From an endosymbiont of Galathealinum brachiosum (GTDB taxonomy: Bacteria; Pseudomonadota; Gammaproteobacteria; SZUA-229): 64,000 bases of DNA. The stretch is from contig QFXC01000007.1 in NCBI GenBank assembly GCA_003349885.1, positions 269,125 through 333,124 of the forward strand. Reading direction: 5' to 3'. This document shows, in pieces, positions 50,318-60,060 of this stretch (position 1 is its first letter; each line of letters opens with the position of its first letter). The notes beneath the pieces were generated by a model that was given only the letters and a program-made list of their open reading frames with translations, ran no database searches and was not told the DNA's origin. The position numbers were made by a program, and so were the translations under genes.

Positions 50318-52912
50318 TTATTTTTCATCAAGTAACTTACGTATTCTTTGTAGTAAATCTATAGAGCTAAAGGGCTTGTATAATATATTCTGTTGCAGAT
50401 TTTCATCAACCATAGTCATATTACGATTATCGGCAAAACCACTGGCAAGTTGAATTTTTATTTCAGGGTATTTTTCATTAACAATAGCTGCAAGTTGATA
50501 ACCATCCATTTCAGGCATAATGATATCGGTAATCAATAAATCAATTGTTTCATGTTCTAAAACGTCCAGTGCATTTTTAGCATTTTCAGCAGAGATCACA
50601 TTAAACCCATGTACAGTTAGTGTTTCACTACCTAAATTGAGTAATGCGGGTTCGTCATCTACTAGCAGAATAGTTTCTGTGCCATTAATGTCTTCAACAT
50701 TATTTTCTTCAATCAATTTTTTCTTATCTTTAGTTTCATGATAGCGAGGAAAATAAAGAGCAAAACGAGTTCCCTTATTGCGTTCAGAATAAACTTTAAT
50801 GGTACCTCCACTACGGCGTACAAAACCGTAAACTTGACTCAAACCCAGCCCGGTACCTTGCTCCCCCTTGGTGGAAAAGAAGGGTTCAAAGATTTTTTCT
50901 CTGGTTTCTTTATCCATGCCATGGCCTGTATCTGTTATGTTGAACAGAACATAATCTCCTGCTGTAAGACCTAGCGCCTGTGCATCCATCTGATTTATTG
51001 TTTGGTTACAGGTATGCATGGTTAATTTGCCGTTACCTTCTATAGCATGCATGGCATTAATGCTTATATTAAGGATGGCATCTTCAGTTTCGCTGTCTTC
51101 CAGGTAGATGGGCCAAAGATCTTTCTGTAAATCAAATACCAGTTTAATGCGTACTGTAAGGGTCTTTTCCAGCATATGCTGCTGACTCTTCAGTAGGGAA
51201 TTGAGATCTATATTAACGGCTTCAGAATTTTTTTCATTTTTGCGTGAGAAAGAGAGTAATTTTTTTGTCAAAATAGCGCCACGTTTACCCGCATGGTGTA
51301 TTTCATGAGCATATTTAGCCAGTTTGGGTTGCTTATTCAGTTCACTTTCTAATAACCCAGAATAACCCATAATAACCCCTAGCATGTTGTTATAGTCATG
51401 GGCTATTCCACCAGTCAGCTTACCCATGGCATCCATTTTCTCGGTGCGGCGTAGATTTTCTTCCAGTGTGATCTGTTCAGAGATATCATGAACAAAGGCC
51501 ACAAAACGGGGTGATTCGTTTACTGGTTGAATGTATTGTAGAAAAATGTTTACAGGAATAATCTGTCCATCCTTGTGTTGATGCACAGTATTGAACCTTA
51601 TAGAACGATTAGGCCCTTTTATCAATGGCGAGATAATCTTGCGGAATTCTGTTTCATCATATTTTGGTTTGATATCAACTGGAGTCATTTGCATCAACTC
51701 TTCATGATTGTAACCCACCTGCACCACAGCTCCCTGATTGACGTAGAAAAACTTCAAGGATTCTGGTTCAAACATAAACACACAGTCCATGGTTCTATCC
51801 AGGGTAGTCTTGAATCTGATCAAACCCTTCTCTGCTTCCTGATGCCGAATTTGGGCTCGCGCCAACCACCAGACACCTATCATCAATAACACAAACAAAG
51901 GTGCAGAAACCAAGAGTATTTCCTTGGCAATAGCATTGGCAGCAGCATTCAGATCATGACTTGAGACATGGGTAACTATTTTCCAGTAGTGTTTTTTATT
52001 CTTGTTCTCACCAGATTTCATCTCAAGGGCAATTGCTGTCTCGTCATTTGATTTCCACGCATCATGTAGAAAAGGGTAAACTGTGACAAAAGTGAATAGC
52101 CCGTTACTATTATAAAAGTGCCCCTCATCTGCATTTGTGATTTGTTTCCAGGCTTCTGGAAAATGTTCATGGATTGTATGATCGTTCTCAAGCATAAACC
52201 CCCATTCCAGTTCCTTAAGGTGAGTATGCAACCAATACCCATCGGCATTTAGGAGCATTGTATTATCCTTATTACCAGCCACCGGCTCCTTGAGTGCCTG
52301 TAACAAGTTTAAACCGAGATAATTAAGAAGAATAACACCCCTTTTTTTCTCCGGTCCGTAAAGTACTGGAGTTGCAAATCGTATAATTGGCTTAAACGGT
52401 ACTTCTACTTTTCCATGTTCAATATTCAGATCAAATGGAGAAATGAATATCTCTCCCTGTTTTAGACGTAGGGTATCGGTAAAATAATAGCGTTGACTTT
52501 TGTCTTGCAGCTGATCCTGCGCAACGATATAGGGACTCCCAGAAGCACTATTTACCCTGATAACCTCTCTTCCTGTTTCGTCAAGAAAGCGTATCTGGTC
52601 GTAGTAAGGTTTATTATGCGCAAATACGATGAATTCTTGTGCCAGGTTCTCCCATATATCAGAGTTATGGGGCGTACCAATTACATCATAAGCATTGTGT
52701 TGTGAAAGAATCCTCAAATCAGAAACTGTGGTTTCCAGCTCTTTTTCAAAAAATTGCTTTCCAAGCTTAACCTGCAAGATCTCATTCGCCTCAAGGACGG
52801 ATTTTTTCTTGTTTACTTCTGATAAATAGAAGTAACCGAGGATCAGCACAAAAACAGCTACTGTGAGTATAAATAAAAGTAAGAAACGTCTACCAATATT
52901 TTTCATTATCAA
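50318..52912 (-). CDS. Hybrid sensor histidine kinase (Cache, PAS, HisKA, HATPase, receiver)
   Basis: YDQIRFLDETGREVIRVN, QDKSQRYYF, GGIAHDYNN, EPFFSTK, GTGLGL, ILLVDDE, TDIIMP. Confidence 0.95.
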   Translation of the reverse strand: MIMKNIGRRFLLLFILTVAVFVLILGYFYLSEVNKKKSVLEANEILQVKLGKQFFEKELETTVSDLRILSQHNAYDVIGTPHNSDIWENLAQEFIVFAHNKPYYDQIRFLDETGREVIRVNSASGSPYIVAQDQLQDKSQRYYFTDTLRLKQGEIFISPFDLNIEHGKVEVPFKPIIRFATPVLYGPEKKRGVILLNYLGLNLLQALKEPVAGNKDNTMLLNADGYWLHTHLKELEWGFMLENDHTIHEHFPEAWKQITNADEGHFYNSNGLFTFVTVYPFLHDAWKSNDETAIALEMKSGENKNKKHYWKIVTHVSSHDLNAAANAIAKEILLVSAPLFVLLMIGVWWLARAQIRHQEAEKGLIRFKTTLDRTMDCVFMFEPESLKFFYVNQGAVVQVGYNHEELMQMTPVDIKPKYDETEFRKIISPLIKGPNRSIRFNTVHQHKDGQIIPVNIFLQYIQPVNESPRFVAFVHDISEQITLEENLRRTEKMDAMGKLTGGIAHDYNNMLGVIMGYSGLLESELNKQPKLAKYAHEIHHAGKRGAILTKKLLSFSRKNEKNSEAVNIDLNSLLKSQQHMLEKTLTVRIKLVFDLQKDLWPIYLEDSETEDAILNISINAMHAIEGNGKLTMHTCNQTINQMDAQALGLTAGDYVLFNITDTGHGMDKETREKIFEPFFSTKGEQGTGLGLSQVYGFVRRSGGTIKVYSERNKGTRFALYFPRYHETKDKKKLIEENNVEDINGTETILLVDDEPALLNLGSETLTVHGFNVISAENAKNALDVLEHETIDLLITDIIMPEMDGYQLAAIVNEKYPEIKIQLASGFADNRNMTMVDENLQQNILYKPFSSIDLLQRIRKLLDEK

Positions 52913-53065
52913 ACTCTATATTTTGAATATTGCTTACCGTTATTTATGGCTGTAGGCTAATGATAGCATTTCATTAACCTACATGTATTTTATAAATTGT
53001 AGTGTAAAACAACTGAATAATTGGCGTTTATCAAAATATTTAGGCAACATTTAAATAATCAGGTA

Positions 53066-53198
53066 AATGTCTGCTTTTGAGGTTTTTAAAGGATTATTTC
53101 GTTTTTGTTGAAGACTGCTTATGGCTAGTTGGAGAACCTGGCTTGCCGATACAAATTTAGAAATAACAAATAACTGCTTTCACCCTAAAGCAGAAGTT
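53066..53198. repeat. Cluster of degenerate short palindromes (CTGCTT...AAGCAG family)
   Basis: AATGTCTGCTTTTGAG; GACTGCTTATGGCTAG; AACTGCTTTCACCCTAAAGCAGAAGTT; exact 11-12-mers recur at 54333 and 57835-57896. Confidence 0.55.
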
Positions 53199-53207
53199 GA
53201 AGGCATT

Positions 53208-53232
53208 AAAAAAGGCGACTAAAAAGCCGCCT
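53208..53232 (-). terminator. Intrinsic terminator of the VPxP-CTERM gene
   Basis: Minus strand AGGCGGCT-TTTT-AGTCGCCT-TTTTT. Confidence 0.75.
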
Positions 53233-53257
53233 CTTTTCTAACTAATGTGATTTAGTT

Positions 53258-54004
53258 TTAAGCTTTCTTTCGTCTAGCAAATCCAGCTAAACCAATTAAC
53301 CCAGAACCAAACAACCATGCCGCTGCAGGTACAGGTACTGGAGTAACATCAAACAAGGTGTTAAAAGTCACACTATCACCGGCTGAAAGCCCAAAGTTCA
53401 TGTGAATTGCAATTGTGTTATTTGCATCACCTGTGTACAAAGTAGGTCCTTCAGTCACTTCACCAATTGAAACAAAACAACCAGGACCACCCATACATGA
53501 GCCTTCAAATATAGACAGACTCATTTGTGATGTGCCATCAATTAAACCTTCCCAGGTATTCAGACTTAACATGGCTGTACCATCATTATTTGCATCAACA
53601 TAACTACCAGATAAACTGCCTGTCATATAACCATTTGTAAAACTCGGTGAAATCGGTAGTCCGAATGTAATATCAAATGTTTGCATCATTGAACTTGTAT
53701 TTGTAACAGTGAAATTACCTGAAATAAATGGGTCAGGATCACTCATCAAATTCCATGAATAATCCCAGACAGGGGTTCCATCCATCATCTCACCACTAAA
53801 TGATCCCATGGTAGAAGTAACATCACCTGTCTGTGTAACATTCGACATCATTGGGTTATTCAGATCCTGATCTGACCACGTCATGGTCTCAACACCAGTC
53901 ATGGTATTTGAGATTACAATATCGTTAATAAGAGTAGCTTGAGCTGAACTCATTCCAACGATCAATAACGCGCTTGGTAATATGTACATATTTCTTATGT
54001 TCAT
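53258..54004 (-). CDS. Met-rich acidic surface protein with PEP-CTERM/VPLPA-CTERM exosortase signal
   Basis: Signal peptide ending AQA; C-terminal VPVPAAAWLFGSGLIGLAGFARRKKA. Confidence 0.92.
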   Translation of the reverse strand: MNIRNMYILPSALLIVGMSSAQATLINDIVISNTMTGVETMTWSDQDLNNPMMSNVTQTGDVTSTMGSFSGEMMDGTPVWDYSWNLMSDPDPFISGNFTVTNTSSMMQTFDITFGLPISPSFTNGYMTGSLSGSYVDANNDGTAMLSLNTWEGLIDGTSQMSLSIFEGSCMGGPGCFVSIGEVTEGPTLYTGDANNTIAIHMNFGLSAGDSVTFNTLFDVTPVPVPAAAWLFGSGLIGLAGFARRKKA

Positions 54005-54057
54005 TTGTAAAGTATTCCTTACAGAGTATGCTTATATCTATTATTACAAATATAACA

Positions 54058-54087
54058 AGCAGATTTCATGCCTAAATCAATAACTTA
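54058..54087 (-). promoter_or_regulatory. Sigma-54 promoter with adjacent IHF site
   Basis: Minus strand AGGCATGAAATCTGCT (GG-N10-GC) at 54058-54073; AATCAATAACTTA (WATCAAN4TTR) at 54075-54087. Confidence 0.65.
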
Positions 54088-54340
54088 CATAATATTAGTA
54101 ACCTAAACGGGGGATAGAGGCACCCTAAACTCTTATTCGTAAAATAAACCGTCATAACAGTCCAATGTTTCGATTTTATGCTCTGGATTTCTTTACATTA
54201 ATATAAACGAATAATTGTGCGTTTCAAAAAACACGCATATTCTAAGCATGTAGCTTGATTGATCTGATGAACATGTAGTAAATAGCTACTGAAGTTCACA
54301 TAGTGAAGTCTGGCTATTACTTGCATAGTTCCGCTTATGG

Positions 54341-54742
54341 CTAACAGCAGGTATCCTGAATATGCTGTTGGCAATTTTTCAGTCGCATACTATGGAACAC
54401 CTGTATATCGCAATTATTTTTTTGGTATAACTCATTGATGTAGTAAGACCCAACATTAACTAAAACAGACTCACTTTTTCCACTTTTTAATATCAGCTCA
54501 AAGTCATTATCGCCAGCCTGCACATTGGAAACTTTAGCAATAGGACATTCAGTATTACAAATTTCATTGCCCTGTAAATCTTTACCACAAAGCAAGTCGG
54601 CACATGATTGCCCTACCGCTTGACGATGAGAAAGCCCTAAAATATTTTCACAGCTTTTATTCCAGAAACGGATATTTCTGTTTTCATCAATACCAAAAAT
54701 AGCATCTGATGTATGCTCAAACAGTTCATGCAACGCACTCAT
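54341..54742 (-). CDS. Stand-alone Cys-rich PAS-domain protein, possibly truncated
   Basis: DAIFGIDENRNIRFWNKSCENILG, AVGQSCADLLCG, ICNTECP; 9 Cys; stop codon lies inside a palindromic repeat unit. Confidence 0.75.
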   Translation of the reverse strand: MSALHELFEHTSDAIFGIDENRNIRFWNKSCENILGLSHRQAVGQSCADLLCGKDLQGNEICNTECPIAKVSNVQAGDNDFELILKSGKSESVLVNVGSYYINELYQKNNCDIQVFHSMRLKNCQQHIQDTCC

Positions 54743-54816
54743 TGATATCTCACTTCTTGATTTCTCATTTTCATAATCTTTATGATTTTCAAGTTACCAA
54801 TCAATTATAAAATAAT

Positions 54817-54850
54817 CCAGATTACTGTTCGTCTACTTTCGTTCATTTTT
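54817..54850. promoter_or_regulatory. Shared upstream element, copy 1
   Basis: CCAGATTACTGTTCGTCTACTTTCGTTCATTTTT, 28/34 identical to 57568-57601. Confidence 0.6.
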
Positions 54851-55029
54851 CAAAATCTTAATTATTTCCTTTTATATCAATGCGTTAAAAAATGGACAGA
54901 TGGTGAACAAAAAAAATGAAAGAATACTCTTTAAAATAAAAAAGCCCGCCAAAATCTAGCAGCCTTTCTACTGTCAATATTGATTTAAATTCAAGATCTA
55001 TTTATAACTGAAGTTTATCCTGTGGCAAT

Positions 55030-55060
55030 AAAAAACCCTCACCATAAAATGATGAGGGTT
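55030..55060 (-). terminator. Intrinsic terminator of the cytochrome gene
   Basis: Minus strand AACCCTCATCAT-TTT-ATGGTGAGGGTT followed by TTTT. Confidence 0.8.
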
Positions 55061-55082
55061 GTTATACCTGCAACTTAAAATT

Positions 55083-57377
55083 TTAGTCTTTAGTTTCTAC
55101 GACAACTTCTGAACTATAAGCTTCATAGATAGCAAGCTTCTTAAGTGTTGATGCTGGCAGAGAAGTATTCAGGAAGCCATCAGCTGCAGTTGGGAACTTG
55201 CCGCTAGCGCCTTTCTTCATATAGTAAACTTTATATTTCACTGTTAATGGGTAAACCGCATCTTCAGTGTCATAACTTACTGTGTACTGCTCATTCTCAT
55301 TAGGCTTCAGACGATTGTCTGTTGCAATATTTGAGTCAAAACCAGGGCGTACTACATGAGTACCATCACCCATACGCTTACCTGTCTCACGACCATAGAT
55401 GCGTGTGAAGTGATCAGCCGTACCTTCGATGTCAGTAATTTTCTTCACTGTAGTTACACCTTTGACTGCCCAGACACCCGGCGCTGTTTCAACTGCCGAA
55501 CTACCAGTAACCGTTGCATCAGGTGATACCCAGTCAACTAACGTGCCATCCATAAACTGGCTATACACTGTCTCATTATTGCTTGAAAGATCAGCTGTAT
55601 AACCCTGAATATTTATCTCACGAGCCTCATCATAATCTACTTCAACTGTTTCATGCCCAGTTAAGATAGTATTACCCGGTAGAACCGCAACCTGGTTAGT
55701 AACATCGTAAAATTTCGACTTACCTTTTGCCTTCTTGAGTGACAGCTTATTACCATTTGCATCTGTCACAATAACTCGTGTTAATACACGACGCATTGGA
55801 TGCGCACCAGGGAACATATGTGCAGTCTTGTTCTGCAAATAAGTTTTAACTTTCAACTTATTATTACCTGCTTCAACGTCCATACCCGATTCAAAACCAG
55901 TTTTGATCTTGGTTAAACCAAAGTCAGCTTTGTTAGCACCCATAAAGGCATGGTTGTTTAAGTAACCTTCAGCAACCGGGCCTACACCACTAGTCGGATC
56001 GAAGTGCTTGGTTACACCATCTTCTGCTGTAAACAAAGAGTTTGTATCATCCCACTTATGCAATACAGTTTTATTTGCCAATGGCTCCATATGACACTTC
56101 TGGCACTTAGGTGATGTATTGGAATCTTCAAAGTTATTACCAACGCCGTCACTCATCGCTGTCCATGTGCTGCACAACTCAAGGAACTGGTCATCAGTTG
56201 GCTGAACACCAGAAATACCATTTGATTCAGGGTTAAGCATCAGGGATGAACGTTGATGACATGATAAGCACAGTGCTTTGCCATAAGCCGCAAACTGATG
56301 TTTGGATTCTGACTTGTCACCATCTGCTGCTTCCACTGCTGCCATGAATTCACCTTTAACTAAAGAGGCACGATCAGCAAGATCATCATCACGACTATTG
56401 TCCAGCCCCGTTACACCATGTGGGCCATAATAAGGACCGCCTGTGTAGTAACCACTAGTACAGTTGCCGTCTTCATCGGTTGTTTCACAACCTGTTTTCA
56501 AGCCCTTCATGGTATAACGACCATCAGCTTTTTTAGCAATATCAAATTCAGCTGCTTCTTTTGGTGTGTGTGAAATGCTCTGATATTTCTCAGGACCAAT
56601 TAATGCAAAGAATGCATTCATATCAGCTGTGCTAGCATCCGGGCTGTAGTGTAACGTATCGCCTGCACTACGAACCAGCGGACCAATAGGCCCCATCTTC
56701 ATTGGATTCTTCAGCGTATACTGACCAAGGTCACCATCAACATCATTCATCATGCGAACCGTTTCTACACTGTGGCAGTATGAACAGTTAATGCCTTCAC
56801 GGTTATGCTTGTTACCTACATGGTAACTAACGGTGTAAACCTTACCGGTTTTAGCCATTGAGGTTACTGTTGCTTCCAGATCTGCATTATAGGCAGGTGC
56901 CAGATTACTCTGTAATGATTTAGCCTCATCAAATGCATTTGCATTTTCATTCTGATCACCTACTTCAGTCAGCGTGATTTTATAATCACCCGAGTAGTAA
57001 GCCGTTGGTGCATGACACTTGATACAAACCTGCCCAGTTTTCTGGATAGTACCTTCTTTATAAACTCCAGTTGGACCAACAGCACCAATTTTGCTTGCCT
57101 GTAAACGTAGAAAATCCTGGTACTTAGACTGGAAAATAGGGTCTTTCCACGACTTGGCATGCATTGACGTTTTCCAGGTGTCATACAGATCGTTATGACA
57201 GTGCTGGCACTTATTATCAGCACTATCAAACAGTGTATGGGTATATCCCGTGCCAGCAATAACTTCCGCTTCACCCGGACCACTTAATTGGGTACGACCT
57301 TCATTTGCAAAACTTAACTGAGGGAATAAAAGGATAATACTCGTGAGAACAAACCCCACACTTTTCATTAACTTCAT
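55083..57377 (-). CDS. Large periplasmic multiheme (five CxxCH) cytochrome c
   Basis: Signal peptide; CQHCH, CIKCH, CSYCH, CLSCH, CQKCH; WKTSMHAKSWKDP c554-type motif; AHMFPGAHPMRR; beta-rich C-terminus. Confidence 0.92.
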   Translation of the reverse strand: MKLMKSVGFVLTSIILLFPQLSFANEGRTQLSGPGEAEVIAGTGYTHTLFDSADNKCQHCHNDLYDTWKTSMHAKSWKDPIFQSKYQDFLRLQASKIGAVGPTGVYKEGTIQKTGQVCIKCHAPTAYYSGDYKITLTEVGDQNENANAFDEAKSLQSNLAPAYNADLEATVTSMAKTGKVYTVSYHVGNKHNREGINCSYCHSVETVRMMNDVDGDLGQYTLKNPMKMGPIGPLVRSAGDTLHYSPDASTADMNAFFALIGPEKYQSISHTPKEAAEFDIAKKADGRYTMKGLKTGCETTDEDGNCTSGYYTGGPYYGPHGVTGLDNSRDDDLADRASLVKGEFMAAVEAADGDKSESKHQFAAYGKALCLSCHQRSSLMLNPESNGISGVQPTDDQFLELCSTWTAMSDGVGNNFEDSNTSPKCQKCHMEPLANKTVLHKWDDTNSLFTAEDGVTKHFDPTSGVGPVAEGYLNNHAFMGANKADFGLTKIKTGFESGMDVEAGNNKLKVKTYLQNKTAHMFPGAHPMRRVLTRVIVTDANGNKLSLKKAKGKSKFYDVTNQVAVLPGNTILTGHETVEVDYDEAREINIQGYTADLSSNNETVYSQFMDGTLVDWVSPDATVTGSSAVETAPGVWAVKGVTTVKKITDIEGTADHFTRIYGRETGKRMGDGTHVVRPGFDSNIATDNRLKPNENEQYTVSYDTEDAVYPLTVKYKVYYMKKGASGKFPTAADGFLNTSLPASTLKKLAIYEAYSSEVVVETKD

Positions 57378-57548
57378 GACAACTCCTAATATCTTTTATC
57401 AATTTTTATTTTCTGGTAACCAAAAAAGTTACCGGATTATTAAAATGCAAACACCCATGATGCTGAAATAATCAGCCGTAGGAATTGAAGATCATGACTC
57501 GCAAGCCATGCAAAGAAATGACCTTTCACATTTATTGGTGAAAAATAA

Positions 57549-57562
57549 TTGATCCACATCAA
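57549..57562. promoter_or_regulatory. Perfect FNR/DNR box upstream of the multiheme cytochrome
   Basis: TTGAT-CCAC-ATCAA. Confidence 0.75.
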
Positions 57563-57567
57563 TTAGG

Positions 57568-57601
57568 CCAGAATACTGTTCGTTCATTTTCGTACACTTT
57601 T
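57568..57601. promoter_or_regulatory. Shared upstream element, copy 2
   Basis: CCAGAATACTGTTCGTTCATTTTCGTACACTTTT; TTCGT repeated with 10-bp period. Confidence 0.6.
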
Positions 57602-57777
57602 TTGAATAAATAATATATTTCGATATAAATCAGATAGTTAGGAGTTAATATTTATAATGATTTTATAAATAACTTGCCTGGTATCAAAACTAGCAGGGGA
57701 AAATAGCAACATAAATAACGCTTAACATCACTAAACGCTTCAGGTTATATACAGGTGTAAAATCAACGACTAGTTAT

Positions 57778-57940
57778 AATTTCGCTTTTGGCTATGAGCA
57801 GAACTACACATAAGATTCTCTGGATAGCAGCCAACACCCTAAAGCCGAATTTGAATAGATTTTTACTCAGTTCAGAAAACGGCAAAAAGCAGACATGTAT
57901 ATAACTAAAACTAACTGCTACTTTCGCCCGTTGCCCCTGT
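57778..57940. repeat. Second cluster of degenerate CTGCTT...AAGCAG palindromes
   Basis: TTCGCTTTTGGCTATGAGCAGAAC; GCAGCCAACACCCTAAAGCCGAATT; GGCAAAAAGCAGACAT. Confidence 0.55.
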
Positions 57941-58172
57941 AACAAACCTTATATACGATATTTACCAAGTCTCCTTCAGCTGAGCCAGCTGTCATTGAAG
58001 ATTTATTACATTTTTTAGATATTAAAATAATAAATCACCTAAACGAAGGTTTCACATTAAATTAATTCCTATTAGTATCCTAATCAAGTGGAGAAACATG
58101 GAGAATCAAGTCGACAGACTCGTCTATTATGTTTTTGTGGTTACACGAAGTAATCAAAATCAGGGGATACAA

Positions 58173-58442
58173 ATGAAAATACTAGCTAGCCTGTTTGGAA
58201 AAAGAAAATCAGAAGTTAATAAAGATTCTACTCGTAATGTGAATGAACTACTTCATTCATTAGATCAATATATTGATGTATATGAAGAAAACAACGGCCT
58301 GAAACCTGAAAGAATACTGGTCAAAAACTATATACATAAGTTGTTCGCACAAGAGGGGGTTTATAGCTCAAAACGCTTCGGTGATATGTTAGTCATACCT
58401 GCAAAAACGATAAAGGGTGAACTTGATTGGATGGCCATTTGA
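58173..58442 (+). CDS. Small hypothetical protein
   Basis: AGGGG RBS before ATG 58173; 89-aa ORF. Confidence 0.55.
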   Translation: MKILASLFGKRKSEVNKDSTRNVNELLHSLDQYIDVYEENNGLKPERILVKNYIHKLFAQEGVYSSKRFGDMLVIPAKTIKGELDWMAI

Positions 58443-58710
58443 TACTGCCTACATTCATGCCACAAACTTAATGACATAGATAAAGAAGACTATTAGATTC
58501 TCTTTTTATTACAGATATCATCAATAAATAATCTTCATTTGTTTCTTTGTGCACCCAATAGCCATACTAATCCTGAATGGCATCCTTCATGGCCCTCCAA
58601 TTTTACGCCCACTCCTCACTATCCTTATAAATTATATAAGGACCGCTTTATCACGTATGGAGAATTCAAAAGAATATTAGGGTATTCCGCTTCTGACTAC
58701 ACCCAGATCT

Positions 58711-60060
58711 TCATATTAAGTCCGGCAATACGCCCTCACCCTTAACTGAAAAGTTATCCGCTATCCAATAACCTACTACCGCTACCAGTTCACCCTCTAC
58801 AAACAGCAATGGAATTCTGTCTCGCTGCCAGGTTGGTACTGACGACTCCTGAAATAAAGACTTGAGGTCATGCGAGCCATTTCTACCAGCAGGTTTAATT
58901 TTTTCACCGCCCTGCCTGAATCGAACCGTTACGTCTTGAGTTAATAAGGATTCATTAAGAACAAATTTAATATCATCACTGGTTTCACATTTTTCCAGTT
59001 TTAGTTTTTTATCAAGAGTCAGTAATTCAAGTTCATTTTTTACATTCCAGTTATAAACCTGTGATGCATCATGTGATATTTTTTTTAAACAGAATAACTT
59101 GTCTCTGAAACGCCTCACTTCTACATTTGCCCAGTTAATTAATACATGTGAATCATGAGAGGTATTATTTATTTGCTGCACAATCTGCTCTAACACGGCT
59201 CTTGAGGGAATCGGCTTTTGAAGATTTTTAAACCAGAAACGTAAAACATTTCTAAGGCGGGCATTTTCAATTTTATTTAACTGATTAATATCTAAACACG
59301 TATCTTCTAATAACGATGAGCTCAGGTCTTTTTCTGCCAACACCTCTAGTAATTCTGCATTTTCAGCCTGTTGTTGAGAAAACACTGACAGGGTTTTATT
59401 CAATGCGGGCCAGCGTTGCTGAAGTTGTGGCATAACTGAATGACGCAAATAATTACGATCATAATTCACCTGCTGATTACTTGGATCTTCAACCCAGCTT
59501 AAGGCATTTTGATTCGCATAATCTAAAATCACATTTTGTGAAATATCTAACAGGGGGCGTGCATGCCAGCCATTACTGAACGTCGCTATTTCAGGCATGC
59601 CAGCTAAACCCGCTGCACCTGCGCCACGTAATAACTGCAAAAAAATGGTTTCGCTTTGATCATCCTGATGTTGTGCCGTTAGTAAACAATCGCTCTTTTG
59701 AATGAGTTCTTTAAATGCCGCATATCGGGCGGTGCGTGCAGCCGCTTCCGGACTCTCACCTTTTGCTGCAGCCGCATTTACTTTAATAAGCTGAAATGGA
59801 ATATTAAGATTTTTACATTGAGCTTCACAATGTCTGGCCCAGTCAGATGACTGTGCCTGTAAACCATGATCGATGTAAACCGCTGAGACATTCAGCTTTG
59901 TAAGGTGTAACAAATGTAATAAAACCTGAGAATCTACACCACCACTGTAGGCCAGACACCAGGTTTTAATATTTTTTTCTTTTGCTAGTTTGCCGAGTTG
60001 CTGAAGTAGATAATCAGCATTCAGTTGATGGTCTGATTTATTATTCGGTAAACTGGCCAT
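58711..60060 (-). CDS. tilS: tRNA(Ile)-lysidine synthetase
   Basis: [10 protein letters not shown]-loop, [39 protein letters not shown]; follows accA. Confidence 0.97.
   Translation of the reverse strand: MASLPNNKSDHQLNADYLLQQLGKLAKEKNIKTWCLAYSGGVDSQVLLHLLHLTKLNVSAVYIDHGLQAQSSDWARHCEAQCKNLNIPFQLIKVNAAAAKGESPEAAARTARYAAFKELIQKSDCLLTAQHQDDQSETIFLQLLRGAGAAGLAGMPEIATFSNGWHARPLLDISQNVILDYANQNALSWVEDPSNQQVNYDRNYLRHSVMPQLQQRWPALNKTLSVFSQQQAENAELLEVLAEKDLSSSLLEDTCLDINQLNKIENARLRNVLRFWFKNLQKPIPSRAVLEQIVQQINNTSHDSHVLINWANVEVRRFRDKLFCLKKISHDASQVYNWNVKNELELLTLDKKLKLEKCETSDDIKFVLNESLLTQDVTVRFRQGGEKIKPAGRNGSHDLKSLFQESSVPTWQRDRIPLLFVEGELVAVVGYWIADNFSVKGEGVLPDLI

Noticed and set aside
58539..58745. 68-aa ORF overlapping the tilS end
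   Set aside because: TTG start, no RBS, no motif
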